NCBI GenBank assembly: GCA_963846585.1
Contig: CAWJWO010000002.1
Location: 199,592 to 263,591, forward strand
From: an uncultured Bacteroidota bacterium
Lineage (GTDB): Bacteria; Bacteroidota; Bacteroidia; Bacteroidales; JAAUTT01
Direction of reading: 5' to 3'
Length of the DNA stretch: 64,000 nucleotides
Shown here: one piece after another, positions 29,514 to 40,429 of the stretch
Layout: each line of letters begins with the position of its first letter
Numbering within the stretch: position 1 is the stretch's first letter
Notes under the pieces: generated by a model
What the model saw: the letters and a program-made list of their open reading frames with translations, nothing else
What the model was told of the DNA's origin: nothing
The model's database searches: none
Position numbers and translations under genes: made by a program

Positions 29514-31474
29514 CTGAATCACTAAATATTAATAAAAGCAAAATATTAAAGTTTATTTTTATTTCAGTGATTTGTTTTATTTTTTATGGTAATTCAATTC
29601 CAAATAAATATGCTTTTGATGATTTTATTGTTATCACACATAATCAGTTTACTCAAAATGGTATAGCTGGCATTCCTGATATTTTAAAGTTTGATTCATG
29701 GGTTGGTTGTTTTGGTAAAAATCCGAAATTTGTTGAAGGTGGTCGATACAGACCATTATCATTGGTTACCTTTGCTCTTGAGAACCAATTTTTCGGGAAA
29801 AATCCTTATTTTAGCCATTTGATTAATGTTTTATTGTATATATTAACGGCCTTGTTATTATATACTTTACTTTTAAAGTTGTTTGGCAAGTATTTAAACA
29901 GTAATGAATTTTTTGATTTTCCTTTTATTGCCGTATTACTATTTATTATACATCCTATCCATACTGAGGTAATTGACAATATTAAATGCAGGGATGAAAT
30001 CATGACTTTGGCCGGTTCCCTCGCTGCTACAATTTTTATTTTGAAATACGTCGATTTTCATAAAATAATTTACCTTTTATATAGTTTCATCTGTTTTTTC
30101 CTTGCACTCCTATCAAAAGAAAATGCGATTACTTTTTTAGCTGTTATTCCATTATCAATATATTTTTATAGAAAAACTAACATCTTAACTTATATATATT
30201 CTTTAATTCCTTTATTTATTGCCACCATTTTATTCCTAATAATAAGAAAGTTAGCATTGGGAGAAACCGCTGCCCCACATCAGGATTTTATAAGCAACGC
30301 ACTCATAGATGCTTCCTTTACTCAAAAATACGCTACTATTTTCTATGCCCTCGGGTTATATATTAAATTACTTGTATTCCCTCACCCGCTTACGTTTGAT
30401 TATTATCCGAACCATATCCCAATTGTAAATTGGACCAATATATTTGCTATCCTTTCATTTTGCTTCTATTGTTTTATTTTGATATACGCTTTGTTAACCA
30501 TTGCCAAAAGGTCAGTCATTTCATACGGGATTTTATTTTATTTACTTCCCCTTTCTATAGTGTCTAACCTATTTTTCCCGATTGGAGGAGCAGTTATTAC
30601 TGAACGGTTTATTTTTATTTCTTCCATAGGGTTTTCAATTATAATTGCCTGGTTTTTATCAACCAAAGTGTTTGTTCTACTAAAATCAAGTTATTTAAAG
30701 ACATCCCTGATAGCTGTAGTAATGCTATTTTGCTTTATTACAACTTACAGCCGGAATAAGGTTTGGAAAGACGACTTTTCTTTGTTTACCAATGATGTTA
30801 AAACCTCTTTTAATAGCCGGAAAAGCAATTTAGGAGTAAGTGTAGTTTTATTGGAAAAGGCTAACCAAATAAATGATAGTATTTTGGCCCGTAAATACAG
30901 GAAAGATGCATTATTCTACGCTAACAGGTTGGTTAAAATATTTCCCAATTATGTTGATGCGGTTTACCGTTTAGGAAATGCATATTCGGAAAATAATATG
31001 CTGGATAGTGCCTTGGCTTGTTATAAAAGAACCATTTATTTATCCCCTGATTTAAATAATACAATATGTGATCAAATACCTTCAGTACTAAATAAGTCAA
31101 ATGACGTTGATTTCAAAATGAAATATTATCTTGAATTTATAAAATATTCCCCTGATAATTTTTCTATTAATTTTGAAATTGGATATTTATCAGGCAGGTA
31201 TAAGAACGATATTCAAAATTCTATATATTACCTTACCAGGGCTGTTGAAATTCAACCTGGTAATTTTGACGCGAATAATAATTTAGGCCTTGCATACAGG
31301 TTAGCCGGCAAATACGATAAATCCTCAATTTATCTTAAAAATGCAGTAAAAATAAACCCTTATAGTTTATCGGCATGGCAAAGTCTATATATTACTTATA
31401 AATTAGCCGGCGAGAAAGAAAATGAAACGGAAGTTTTGAAAAAAATTGATGATCTCCAAAACACCGGTTATTAG
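29510..31474 (+). CDS. GT-C/TPR membrane glycosyltransferase-like protein (TMTC/DUF1736-like paralogue).
   Basis: GRYRPLSLVTFALE, HPIHTEVIDNIKCRDE and LLSKENAITF. TPR tail. Confidence 0.6.
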   Translation: MTESLNINKSKILKFIFISVICFIFYGNSIPNKYAFDDFIVITHNQFTQNGIAGIPDILKFDSWVGCFGKNPKFVEGGRYRPLSLVTFALENQFFGKNPYFSHLINVLLYILTALLLYTLLLKLFGKYLNSNEFFDFPFIAVLLFIIHPIHTEVIDNIKCRDEIMTLAGSLAATIFILKYVDFHKIIYLLYSFICFFLALLSKENAITFLAVIPLSIYFYRKTNILTYIYSLIPLFIATILFLIIRKLALGETAAPHQDFISNALIDASFTQKYATIFYALGLYIKLLVFPHPLTFDYYPNHIPIVNWTNIFAILSFCFYCFILIYALLTIAKRSVISYGILFYLLPLSIVSNLFFPIGGAVITERFIFISSIGFSIIIAWFLSTKVFVLLKSSYLKTSLIAVVMLFCFITTYSRNKVWKDDFSLFTNDVKTSFNSRKSNLGVSVVLLEKANQINDSILARKYRKDALFYANRLVKIFPNYVDAVYRLGNAYSENNMLDSALACYKRTIYLSPDLNNTICDQIPSVLNKSNDVDFKMKYYLEFIKYSPDNFSINFEIGYLSGRYKNDIQNSIYYLTRAVEIQPGNFDANNNLGLAYRLAGKYDKSSIYLKNAVKINPYSLSAWQSLYITYKLAGEKENETEVLKKIDDLQNTGY

Positions 31475-31511
31475 AAATAATAAGAAAGTATTGGGCCTAA
31501 TAAGTTAAAAT

Positions 31512-33134
31512 ATGTTGGAGGCATTTTCAGTTTTATATAATAACAAGATGTTTAAACCTGTTATTTTAGGTATATTTTGCATTATTTTTTATGGAAATAC
31601 CATTCAGAATAATTACGCGCTTGACGACGGCCTGGTTATTAATGATAACCGGTTTACTACAAATGGCATTTCAGGTATACCTGATATATTTAAATATAAT
31701 TCTTTTACAGGTAGTCTCGGGGAAAATGCTACTCTGGTAACAGGGGGAAGGTACAGACCTTTATCCCTAACTACTTTCGCGATTGAATATCAAATATTCG
31801 GAGCTAACCCGCGGTTGAGCCATTACTTTAATGTATTACTTTTCCTTATCACTGCATTATTATTATATAAGTTACTTATAAAGTTATTTTATCGATATAG
31901 TTCAAAGGAAATCTTATCAGATTTACCCTTCATTGCCACTCTGATTTTTATAATTCACCCTATACATACCGAAGTTGTTGCCAACATTAAAGGCAGGGAT
32001 GAAATAATGGCTCTTGGAGGTTCTCTCGCTACAATAATATTTATAATTAAATATCTCGATACAACTAAAATAATATATCTGATATCAAGCATTGTCCTAT
32101 TTTTAACTGCCTTATTGTCAAAAGAAAATGCTGTTACTTTTATAGCTATAATACCTCTGTGTATTTACTATTATAAAAATGAAAAATGGATTAAATATTT
32201 ATATTGTTTATTATCATTGTTCATAGCCCTTTTTATTTTTCTAGTCATGAGAAAACTGGCTCTGGGAGATATAAGCAAACCTCCCGGTGAATTATTAAAT
32301 AACCCGTATATTTATGCCTCAGTTCCGGAGAAATTTGCCACTATTTTTTATACCCTCGGTATTTATATAAAACTTCTTTTTTGGCCAGACCCTTTAACTT
32401 ACGATTACTATCCGTACCATATTAAGTTAATAAATTGGGATAATAGTGTCGCTTTATTATCATTAATTGTTTATATCTCGCTATTTGTCTATGCCATTGT
32501 GAAATTAAAATATAAAACAACAATTGCATTTGGAGTGCTATTTTTTATGATTACCCTCTCAATTGTTTCAAACATATTTTTTAATATTGGTACATTTATG
32601 AGTGAACGCTTTATATTTATTCCTTCTATTGGTTTTGTAATAATTATAGCATGGCTTTTCACGGTAAAATTGCCGGAATATATAAAATGGGTTAATTTTA
32701 GGATTGTGTTTTTAACGATAATAATGACATTGTGTTTTATAAAAACATACAGTCGCGATAAAGTCTGGAAAAATAATTTTACGTTATTTACTACAGATGT
32801 TAAAACCTCTTTTGACAGTGCTAAAAGCAATATGGCAGCCGGTAATGTTTGGTTATATTTAGCATATCAAACCAATGATAGTTTATTAAGAAAAAAATAT
32901 TTTAATAATGCCTTGTTTTATTCCAGAAGGGCTCAATCTATATATCCGAATCATGTTGACATTGCAATTCTTTTGGCAAATGCCTATTCTGAAAATAATA
33001 TATTAGACAGTGCAATAATTTATTATAAAAAGGCTATAGATTTAATGCCCGAAAAAACCGACTTTATTTTCGAAAAAATAAAACAAACTTTGAATAAAAC
33101 AAATGATATAAATTTTAAATTTAACCAAAAGTAA
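31512..33134 (+). CDS. GT-C membrane glycosyltransferase-like paralogue, lacking most of the C-terminal TPR region present in its 654-655-aa paralogues.
   Basis: Same motifs (GRYRPLSLTTFAIE, HPIHTEVVANIKGRDE). Ends at ...KTNDINFKFNQK, where the paralogues continue for ~110 aa. Confidence 0.6.
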   Translation: MLEAFSVLYNNKMFKPVILGIFCIIFYGNTIQNNYALDDGLVINDNRFTTNGISGIPDIFKYNSFTGSLGENATLVTGGRYRPLSLTTFAIEYQIFGANPRLSHYFNVLLFLITALLLYKLLIKLFYRYSSKEILSDLPFIATLIFIIHPIHTEVVANIKGRDEIMALGGSLATIIFIIKYLDTTKIIYLISSIVLFLTALLSKENAVTFIAIIPLCIYYYKNEKWIKYLYCLLSLFIALFIFLVMRKLALGDISKPPGELLNNPYIYASVPEKFATIFYTLGIYIKLLFWPDPLTYDYYPYHIKLINWDNSVALLSLIVYISLFVYAIVKLKYKTTIAFGVLFFMITLSIVSNIFFNIGTFMSERFIFIPSIGFVIIIAWLFTVKLPEYIKWVNFRIVFLTIIMTLCFIKTYSRDKVWKNNFTLFTTDVKTSFDSAKSNMAAGNVWLYLAYQTNDSLLRKKYFNNALFYSRRAQSIYPNHVDIAILLANAYSENNILDSAIIYYKKAIDLMPEKTDFIFEKIKQTLNKTNDINFKFNQK

Positions 33135-33144
33135 AACAACTCAA

Positions 33145-34140
33145 ATGAAAGTATTATTTATTGGCGGAACAGGTAATATAAGTGAGCCTGTAAGCAAATT
33201 GGCCATAAAAAAAGGCATTGACCTTTACCATCTGAACAGGGGTAACAGGCCGGTAGTAAAAGGAGTAAATAATTTAATTGCCGACGTTAAGAATATTGCC
33301 CTGATAAAGAAAGTACTATCAGGTCAAAAATGGGATGCAGTTGTTAACTGGGTTGCTTTTTCCCCGGAGGATATTTTACGTGATATCGAACTTTTTGAAG
33401 GTAATACGGAACAGTATATATTTATAAGTTCTGCCTCAGTATATCAAAAACCCCCGGTAAATTATATTATTACAGAATCAACGCCTCTTAAAAATCCATT
33501 CTGGGAATATTCAAGAAATAAAATTGCCTGCGAAGATATGCTGATGACAGTATACAGAGAACGAGGCTTCCCGGTTACAATTGTTCGGCCATCCCACACT
33601 TATTCTACAGTAATTCCGGTAACCCTGGCTGGTTGGGATGAATATACCGTCGTAGATCGTATAAAGAAAGGACTACAAATTGTAGTTCAGGGTGATGGTA
33701 CATCCTTATGGACATTAACTCATGCCGACGATTTTGCTAAAGGTTTTGCAGGTCTTTTAGGTAATCAACATGCAATTGGTGAGTCATTTCATATTACTTC
33801 AGATGAAGTACTTTCATGGAATCAGATATATCAGGCTCTTGCACATGCAGCTGGTTATGAGGCAAAAATAGTTCATATATCTTCAAGATTCATTTCTGAT
33901 TATGCTGACAGCCATAATTATCCTTCGGTATTTGGTACTTTACTGGGAGATAAATCACATAGCGCAATTTTTGATAATTCAAAAATTAAACGGTTCGTGC
34001 CGGATTTTGTTGCTACTATTCCATTTTCTACCGGCATTAAACAAACTCTAAATTGGTTAGAATCAGACCCATTGAGAATGATAGTGAAGGAAGAAACGAA
34101 TCGTTTTTTAGATGAACTTATTAATAATTATGGCAAATAA
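33145..34140 (+). CDS. NAD-dependent epimerase/dehydratase (extended SDR).
   Basis: MKVLFIGGTGNIS Rossmann motif; length and pattern of extended SDRs. Confidence 0.7.
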   Translation: MKVLFIGGTGNISEPVSKLAIKKGIDLYHLNRGNRPVVKGVNNLIADVKNIALIKKVLSGQKWDAVVNWVAFSPEDILRDIELFEGNTEQYIFISSASVYQKPPVNYIITESTPLKNPFWEYSRNKIACEDMLMTVYRERGFPVTIVRPSHTYSTVIPVTLAGWDEYTVVDRIKKGLQIVVQGDGTSLWTLTHADDFAKGFAGLLGNQHAIGESFHITSDEVLSWNQIYQALAHAAGYEAKIVHISSRFISDYADSHNYPSVFGTLLGDKSHSAIFDNSKIKRFVPDFVATIPFSTGIKQTLNWLESDPLRMIVKEETNRFLDELINNYGK

Positions 34141-34190
34141 CAAGTGATTAGGTTTTGTCTATTATAACATTAGTAATCAATAATTTGTTA

Positions 34191-36656
34191 TCAGACTAAA
34201 TATTTATTTAACAATGAAAATAATATCTCTTTTTTTATAGGTTTACTAATATAGTCAATACAACCTGCATCTAAAGCCTTTTGTCTTTCATCTTTTGTAG
34301 CATAGGCAGTTTGGGCAATTATTTTCAAATTTGGATTAAGCATTTTTATTTTACGCGTAGCTGTATACCCGTCAACATCCGGAAGGCGTATGTCCATTAA
34401 AACTATATCTATTGTCCGTGTTGTTGATATTTCAATGGCTTCTTCCCCTTTTCCTGTTTTCAGGACATTTAAACCTGCACCGGAGAGTATTTCTTTTAAA
34501 TATTCGGCATTAAACACATCGTCTTCAACAATAAGTACAGTCTTCCCCGATAAATTTTCATTACCTTGTACTTCAGGTACTATTGCTTCCGACCTGGCAT
34601 GAGATATTGTTTTATAAGGAATTCTGAAAGAAAATGTACTTCCTTTATTTGGTTCGGAATCCAAATACATTTCGCCACCCAACAAATTTATCAATCCCTT
34701 TACAATAGATAATCCAAGGCCGGTTCCGCCAATATTTTTCCTTTCGCCCTGGTTTAACTGTGCAAAACGTTCAAAAATTATGTTTTGTTTATCCTGAGGA
34801 ATTCCAATACCAGTATCCGATACATAAAATAATAAATTCTTATTTGCATCATATTTACATCCAAACTCTATCTTTCCTTCATTTGTAAACTTAAGGGCAT
34901 TACTAACCAGGTTAATAATAATTTGTAGCAATTTAACTTTGTCGGTTACAATAAAAATATCCGAAGGGGCAATTATACTCAATTTTAAATGTTCTTTACC
35001 CATTCTAATCTGATACTCTTTAAAAAAGATTCTAAGTTCTTCAAAAAGTGACGATAAATTGCATTCTTCGGGGTTTACTTCTAATTGCCCTGATTCAATT
35101 TTGGAAATATCAAGAATATCATTTATTATATCCAGTAAATCGTTACATCGTTGGTTTATAATCCGTGAAAATTTCTCAATTTTTATTTTATTGTCATTGC
35201 AACCTGTAAGTAAACTTGAGAAACCCATAATAGCATTCAATGGGGTACGTATCTCATGGCTCATATTTTGAAGAAAGGCTGTTTTGAGACGATCACTTTC
35301 TTCAGCTTTTTCTTTGGCTTTTATTAGTTCAATTTCGGCATTTTTGCGTTCGGTAATATCTTCGAAACTAGAAATAATACAAATTTTATTGTTCAAATGA
35401 ATAACCTGAGCCGACAATAATCCTGTTACAATTTTCCCATTTTTGGCCTGTAATCTTGTTTCCATGCATACTACAGCCTTGCCACTACGAAGAGTATTTA
35501 TCATTTGCAGCCTGTCCTCTTCTTCAACCCAAAAATTCAGTGTTATCGTAGAACTGGCAAGTGCTTCTTCATGGGCATATCCTGAAAAGTTTGAAAATGC
35601 CTCATTAGCTTCAATGATTTTGCCATCATCAAGGTTTGCAATTAAAAATGAAATGGGTGAAGTCATATAAGCTTTTGAAAAGCGTTCTTCGCTTTCACGC
35701 AAAGCTTGTTCCATTTTTGTACGTTCAGTAATATTGCGGCATAATGCAAATATTTCCTGTTTGTTATCCGTTTCCAGTAAGGTTGCATTTATTTCAACCG
35801 GTTTCCGGTTGCCATTTTTGTCTATATAAGTGATTACAAAATTTCTGATATAGCCATTTTTCAGGCAATCTTCAACTGCCAGCATGTTTGTTTCCAATTC
35901 GTCGTCAGAAGTCCATTCCAAAACGCTTCTTCCTATTATTTCATCAAGTTTATTATGGCCGGTAAGTTCAACATATTCCTGGTTAGCGTCAATAACATTA
36001 CCCGAATTGTCGATAATAACATAACCTGTATTTGTCGATTCAATCAGGTTGCGAAATTTAAATTCGCTTTTCTTCCCAATGTCCAACATATAATTTGCAT
36101 TTAGAAGAGCCTTATCCAGATTTGCCACTATTATATACTGAAATAAACTAAGCAAGCTGATGCTCAAAGTAAAATTAATCCATGCACTAAGGTTGGTATG
36201 ATTAACACTACTCAGGGGTAAATATCCAAAGTCAGCAATTAAAACAAAGGCTAAACATATTATAATGGCACAAACAGCAGATAAAATAGCTGATCTCCAA
36301 CCAAGTAACAAGCCTACCGCCAATACAACCACGGGTATATCCTGAATTGCCTGAGCTTTAATGCCGCCAGCTGTCCAGGCTAATCCAAAAATAAGCAAGG
36401 CTAAAAAACAAAAGAAAATATATGAAGCTTGCCTGGTATATCCTTTTCTGTTAATATACAGCAAAACGATACTCATTAAATTATAAATACAAAAAATAAA
36501 AATCCAACGAAGAAAATTGTGAGGTAAAGCAAAACATTCTGATAAATCCAGAATAGTTATAATAATTGAAGAACCAACAATAAGATTATAAAAGGTTGTT
36601 GCTTTGAGTGTTTTTTCAGTTTCCCGGAATGTCGGCAGAGTTAGTAGTTTAATCAT
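34191..36656 (-). CDS. Hybrid sensor histidine kinase (TM sensor, PAS x2, HisKA, HATPase, receiver).
   Basis: H-box SHEIRTPLNAI, G-box GGTGLGLSIV, C-terminal receiver (LIVEDDVFN...MDIRLPDVDG). Confidence 0.85.
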   Translation of the reverse strand: MIKLLTLPTFRETEKTLKATTFYNLIVGSSIIITILDLSECFALPHNFLRWIFIFCIYNLMSIVLLYINRKGYTRQASYIFFCFLALLIFGLAWTAGGIKAQAIQDIPVVVLAVGLLLGWRSAILSAVCAIIICLAFVLIADFGYLPLSSVNHTNLSAWINFTLSISLLSLFQYIIVANLDKALLNANYMLDIGKKSEFKFRNLIESTNTGYVIIDNSGNVIDANQEYVELTGHNKLDEIIGRSVLEWTSDDELETNMLAVEDCLKNGYIRNFVITYIDKNGNRKPVEINATLLETDNKQEIFALCRNITERTKMEQALRESEERFSKAYMTSPISFLIANLDDGKIIEANEAFSNFSGYAHEEALASSTITLNFWVEEEDRLQMINTLRSGKAVVCMETRLQAKNGKIVTGLLSAQVIHLNNKICIISSFEDITERKNAEIELIKAKEKAEESDRLKTAFLQNMSHEIRTPLNAIMGFSSLLTGCNDNKIKIEKFSRIINQRCNDLLDIINDILDISKIESGQLEVNPEECNLSSLFEELRIFFKEYQIRMGKEHLKLSIIAPSDIFIVTDKVKLLQIIINLVSNALKFTNEGKIEFGCKYDANKNLLFYVSDTGIGIPQDKQNIIFERFAQLNQGERKNIGGTGLGLSIVKGLINLLGGEMYLDSEPNKGSTFSFRIPYKTISHARSEAIVPEVQGNENLSGKTVLIVEDDVFNAEYLKEILSGAGLNVLKTGKGEEAIEISTTRTIDIVLMDIRLPDVDGYTATRKIKMLNPNLKIIAQTAYATKDERQKALDAGCIDYISKPIKKEILFSLLNKYLV

Positions 36657-36906
36657 TTTGTTTAATCCATATTTATAACGAAACTCAATTCTATTCCTTA
36701 TATATTTTTAACGGTATTTTAAGGTATTACTGAAATAAAATGAATTAAATATACTCAAAAATTTGACAATAATCAACCCGTTAATCAGACACATCTTATA
36801 ATTGACTGTTAAATCAATATAAGTAAATTTATTAAATTTGACAATTTAATTATTGGCGCCTGTGATATAAAGATTGTAATGCATTATAAAATAAATCTAA
36901 TATACT

Positions 36907-37680
36907 ATGAATAAAGATTGGAATCCGGAGATGTATTTGAAATTTGATAAGGAACGTACCCAACCTTCAGTTGATTTGGTTTCACGAATAATAAAGGATA
37001 CTCCCGGGAAAATAATAGATATCGGCTGTGGGCCGGGTAACAGCACACAGGTTCTGGTGAAAAGATGGCCAAATTCGAAAGTTGTCGGAGTGGATAATTC
37101 TCCTGCCATGATTGAGAAAGCTAAAAAGGATTATCCAGGACAGACATGGCAAATTTTAGATGTTGGTAAAGATTTGATTGAAGGGAAATTTGATATTGTA
37201 TTTTCTAATGCTACTATTCAGTGGGTACCAAACCACAAAATGTTGTTAAAGAAATTTCATAACTTACTATCTGATGATGGAGTGCTGGCTATTCAAATAC
37301 CCTTGTTTTGGGATATGCCATTGGGTAAGGCCATTGTTACAATTGCCGGAGACGCACGCTGGGCTTCGTTAACAAAAGGAGTGACAAATGTTTTTACTAT
37401 ACACGATCCCTGTTTTTATTACGACAATCTGTCGGATTTATTTCCTGCCATTGACCTTTGGGTTACTGAGTATATCCATATTCTTGATTCTCATCTTGCA
37501 GTATTAGAGATGATTAAAAGTACAGGACTTAAGCCGTTTCTTGAAAGACTGGTTAACAATCCGGATAGGGCCCTGTTTGAAAAGACAGTAATAAAATCAA
37601 TTGCGAAGGATTATCCTTTACAAAGTGATGGAAAGGTATTGTTTCCGTTTAAAAGATTATTTTTTACTGCAAAGAAATAA
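36907..37680 (+). CDS. tam: Trans-aconitate 2-methyltransferase.
   Basis: N-terminus WNPEMYLKFDKERTQPSVDLVSRI and IDIGCGPGNST match the Tam family pattern. Confidence 0.75.
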   Translation: MNKDWNPEMYLKFDKERTQPSVDLVSRIIKDTPGKIIDIGCGPGNSTQVLVKRWPNSKVVGVDNSPAMIEKAKKDYPGQTWQILDVGKDLIEGKFDIVFSNATIQWVPNHKMLLKKFHNLLSDDGVLAIQIPLFWDMPLGKAIVTIAGDARWASLTKGVTNVFTIHDPCFYYDNLSDLFPAIDLWVTEYIHILDSHLAVLEMIKSTGLKPFLERLVNNPDRALFEKTVIKSIAKDYPLQSDGKVLFPFKRLFFTAKK

Positions 37681-38035
37681 TTACCATATAACGATAATGG
37701 CCATGCATTACTGACCCAAAGGTTTGTTAATAAATACCTGAGAATGATGATACCTGGATTTATAAATATTGCGGTTAAGGAAATTACACCATCGTAAAAA
37801 AATTAACATCAAAAAAATTAAGCAAATAACCCAGATAGAAAATTTCTCTTTTTTTTGCATTAATTTATATTAATAAAAACTTTTATTTGTGCTGCTGCCC
37901 TCTTTTCCCCTCCCTCTTCTCTTTCTGAAACCGATTATCATTTCGAGCGAAGCGAGAAATCTCTTTACATTGTTTCAATTTATAAAAAATTCCCAATTAC
38001 AAAATAAAAAAATAATTCTTTACATCTAATTCACC

Positions 38036-38773
38036 TTATTTAATTAAATTCAAATCACTCATTAACGAAGCTATATCAAACCCTTCAAGAGTCTTTGCAC
38101 CGGAAAAATAATCATTCGAAATTATTGCATAAGCTTCATCCATGTATTTTGATAACCATGCCGGTTCGATGGAAACTAAGGCTCCCCATGTTACTGCATG
38201 AAAATATTTGCTGTCAAAACCCGTAAGGATTATTGCATGTCCCCCTTCAATTGGTGATCCTTTAACTATGGTCCATGGTAAATTTTCCTGAAATTCATTT
38301 TGCGCACTTTCCGGTAAGTTTACCCCTATATATAAACCATTGAATAAATATAGCGCCGTTTTAATATCAACTGGTTTTTTAATATCAACTTCTGTAAATG
38401 CCCCTATTTTATCATTATTTATTCCATTATTATGCCAATAGTTCAAGACATCTAATTCTGCACAACCATTATCATTTTTACCGGTTACAGGATCATAGCC
38501 TGAAATGAAAGAATATACACTCATAATTGTTGAATCGGGCACAATTGTTTTTCCATCAGTCCATTCTTCAATCAAATGACCTGCTGCGGCAATCGTGCAA
38601 TCACCAATTCTGTCGTTCAGCATCATTCCCCATTGTGTTATTTTATCCGAATAATCAACAACAGCCGGGACTGGTGGCAAAACCGTGGTCTTTATATATT
38701 TTGAAAATTGAAGATTCCGTGAATCTTGTTTTTTTGGATGTTTCCCAAGTTTAAAACGTGTTTTCATAGACAT
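38036..38773 (-). CDS. Hypothetical protein, possible papain-like cysteine peptidase fold.
   Basis: Candidate Cys/His pair: RIGDCTIAAAGH and EGGHAIILTGFD. No firm family assignment. Confidence 0.35.
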   Translation of the reverse strand: MSMKTRFKLGKHPKKQDSRNLQFSKYIKTTVLPPVPAVVDYSDKITQWGMMLNDRIGDCTIAAAGHLIEEWTDGKTIVPDSTIMSVYSFISGYDPVTGKNDNGCAELDVLNYWHNNGINNDKIGAFTEVDIKKPVDIKTALYLFNGLYIGVNLPESAQNEFQENLPWTIVKGSPIEGGHAIILTGFDSKYFHAVTWGALVSIEPAWLSKYMDEAYAIISNDYFSGAKTLEGFDIASLMSDLNLIK

Positions 38774-38841
38774 AATATTTTGTTTTATTTATTTATAACA
38801 TAAATTATTATAAAGAGTTTATCAACTAACAACTATTCCAA

Positions 38842-39258
38842 TTACAGTTCTGGATTTTTCCTTATTTGTTTCTTTAATGCAGTTAACCGTTTTGTCTCCA
38901 GTCGTTTTTTCCTTGCAGCAAAGGTTGACCTCGTTGGTATTCTAACTTTTTTAGGAGTTAAAGCCTTGTTAAGCAGTAAATAAAACTTTTCTATAACAAA
39001 CACCTTATTCCTGATTTGTGAACTATACTTCTGCGAAACTATCACAATTTCTCCTCTATCAGTAATTTTAGTTTTTAGCTTTTCTAAAAGCAGCCTTTTT
39101 TCGTATTCACTGAGCAATGCGGATGTAATAACGTTAAAGCGTAATTCTATTTTTGAATTAACCTTGTTTACATTTTGTCCGCCTGGCCCGCTGCTTCGTG
39201 AAGCAGTGAATACAAATTCACCTGAATAATCTTTGTCGGGTTGAAAGTTGTTTGACAT
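38842..39258 (-). CDS. arfB: Alternative ribosome-rescue factor ArfB (peptidyl-tRNA hydrolase, RF-1 domain).
   Basis: GPGGQNVNKV GGQ motif, ~138 aa, basic C-terminal tail. Confidence 0.85.
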   Translation of the reverse strand: MSNNFQPDKDYSGEFVFTASRSSGPGGQNVNKVNSKIELRFNVITSALLSEYEKRLLLEKLKTKITDRGEIVIVSQKYSSQIRNKVFVIEKFYLLLNKALTPKKVRIPTRSTFAARKKRLETKRLTALKKQIRKNPEL

Positions 39259-39376
39259 TTTATAAGGTTCAGTATTTTACTTTTCCTAACCTGTTAATTC
39301 TTCAATAAATCAACATGCCGGGACTTAATAACCTCCAGATAACCGGACTTAATAACTAAGCACTGTGCACTCTGCA

Positions 39377-40294
39377 CTAATATAGTCCTTCTATTGACAA
39401 ATACCGTTCCCCTGAATCATAATTAAATGTAAGAATTCGTGAACCTTTAGGTATTTCAGGCAGTTTTTTAGCTATGGCCGCTAAAGATGCTCCTGTAGAT
39501 ATACCTGCAAAAAGTCCCTCTTCTTTTGCAGCACGCATGGCATAATTGAATGCTTCATCCTTAGTGATTTGAATTACGCCATCCAATAAATATTCTTTAA
39601 GGTTTTCAGGAATGAAATTCGGAGCAATCCCCTGAATTGCATGAGGCCCGAATTGCCTTTTACTAATAAAAGGGGCAGCCTCAGGCTCAACTGCATAAAT
39701 CTTTATTTTTGGGAATTTCGATTTAAGTATTTCTCCAACTCCTGAAATATGTCCCCCAGTGCCAACACCGGTTATTAAGTAATCGAATCCTTCCGGGAAA
39801 TCGTTAATTATCTCCCTGGCAGTAGTTGTTTTATGAATTTCAATATTTGCAGGATTACTAAATTGTGATGGTATCCATGAATCAGGAATTGTTTCAGCCA
39901 ACTCCCTGGCTTTTTCTATTGCGCCATTCATACCTTTTTCACGCGGGGTCAATTCAAACAATGCCCCGTAAGCTGCCATCAGTTTCCTTCTTTCAATGCT
40001 AAACGATTCCGGCATAACAAGAATAATTTTATATCCCTTTAGGCATGCAGCCAAAGCTAGCCCAATTCCGGTGTTACCTGAAGTTGGTTCAATAATTACG
40101 GAATTTTTATTAAGAATGCCCCTTTTTTCAGCATCTTCAATCATTGCAATCCCTATCCTGTCCTTAATGCTGCCTCCAGGATTTTGCCTTTCCAACTTTA
40201 TCCAGACTTCATATTCTGAAGAAAATAATTTGTTTAACTTAAGATGAGGGGTATTTCCAATACTTTCTAAAATGTTGTTAAATTTCATTTTCAA
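39377..40294 (-). CDS. cysK: Cysteine synthase (O-acetylserine sulfhydrylase).
   Basis: PGGSIKDR and TSGNTG PLP-enzyme motifs; 305 aa. Confidence 0.8.
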   Translation of the reverse strand: MKMKFNNILESIGNTPHLKLNKLFSSEYEVWIKLERQNPGGSIKDRIGIAMIEDAEKRGILNKNSVIIEPTSGNTGIGLALAACLKGYKIILVMPESFSIERRKLMAAYGALFELTPREKGMNGAIEKARELAETIPDSWIPSQFSNPANIEIHKTTTAREIINDFPEGFDYLITGVGTGGHISGVGEILKSKFPKIKIYAVEPEAAPFISKRQFGPHAIQGIAPNFIPENLKEYLLDGVIQITKDEAFNYAMRAAKEEGLFAGISTGASLAAIAKKLPEIPKGSRILTFNYDSGERYLSIEGLY

Positions 40295-40429
40295 GTTTTG
40301 TTTAACATATTTATATAAAATTTATATTTTAAAAATACAAAATATTAATTAAAATAAAAATAGATATAAAATTGGTACATTTTTATTATCTTTAATAAGT
40401 TATTAAGTAAATTAATAATTAAAACAATT

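Noticed and set aside
37900-37965. Pyrimidine-rich stretch followed by 'catttcgagcgaagcgagaaatctc' in the tam / 38036 intergenic region. It looked like a small imperfect palindrome or repeat element.
   Set aside because: There is only one copy in the window, the stem is short and imperfect, and nothing links it to a function. It is noted only as a candidate dispersed repeat to look for genome-wide.
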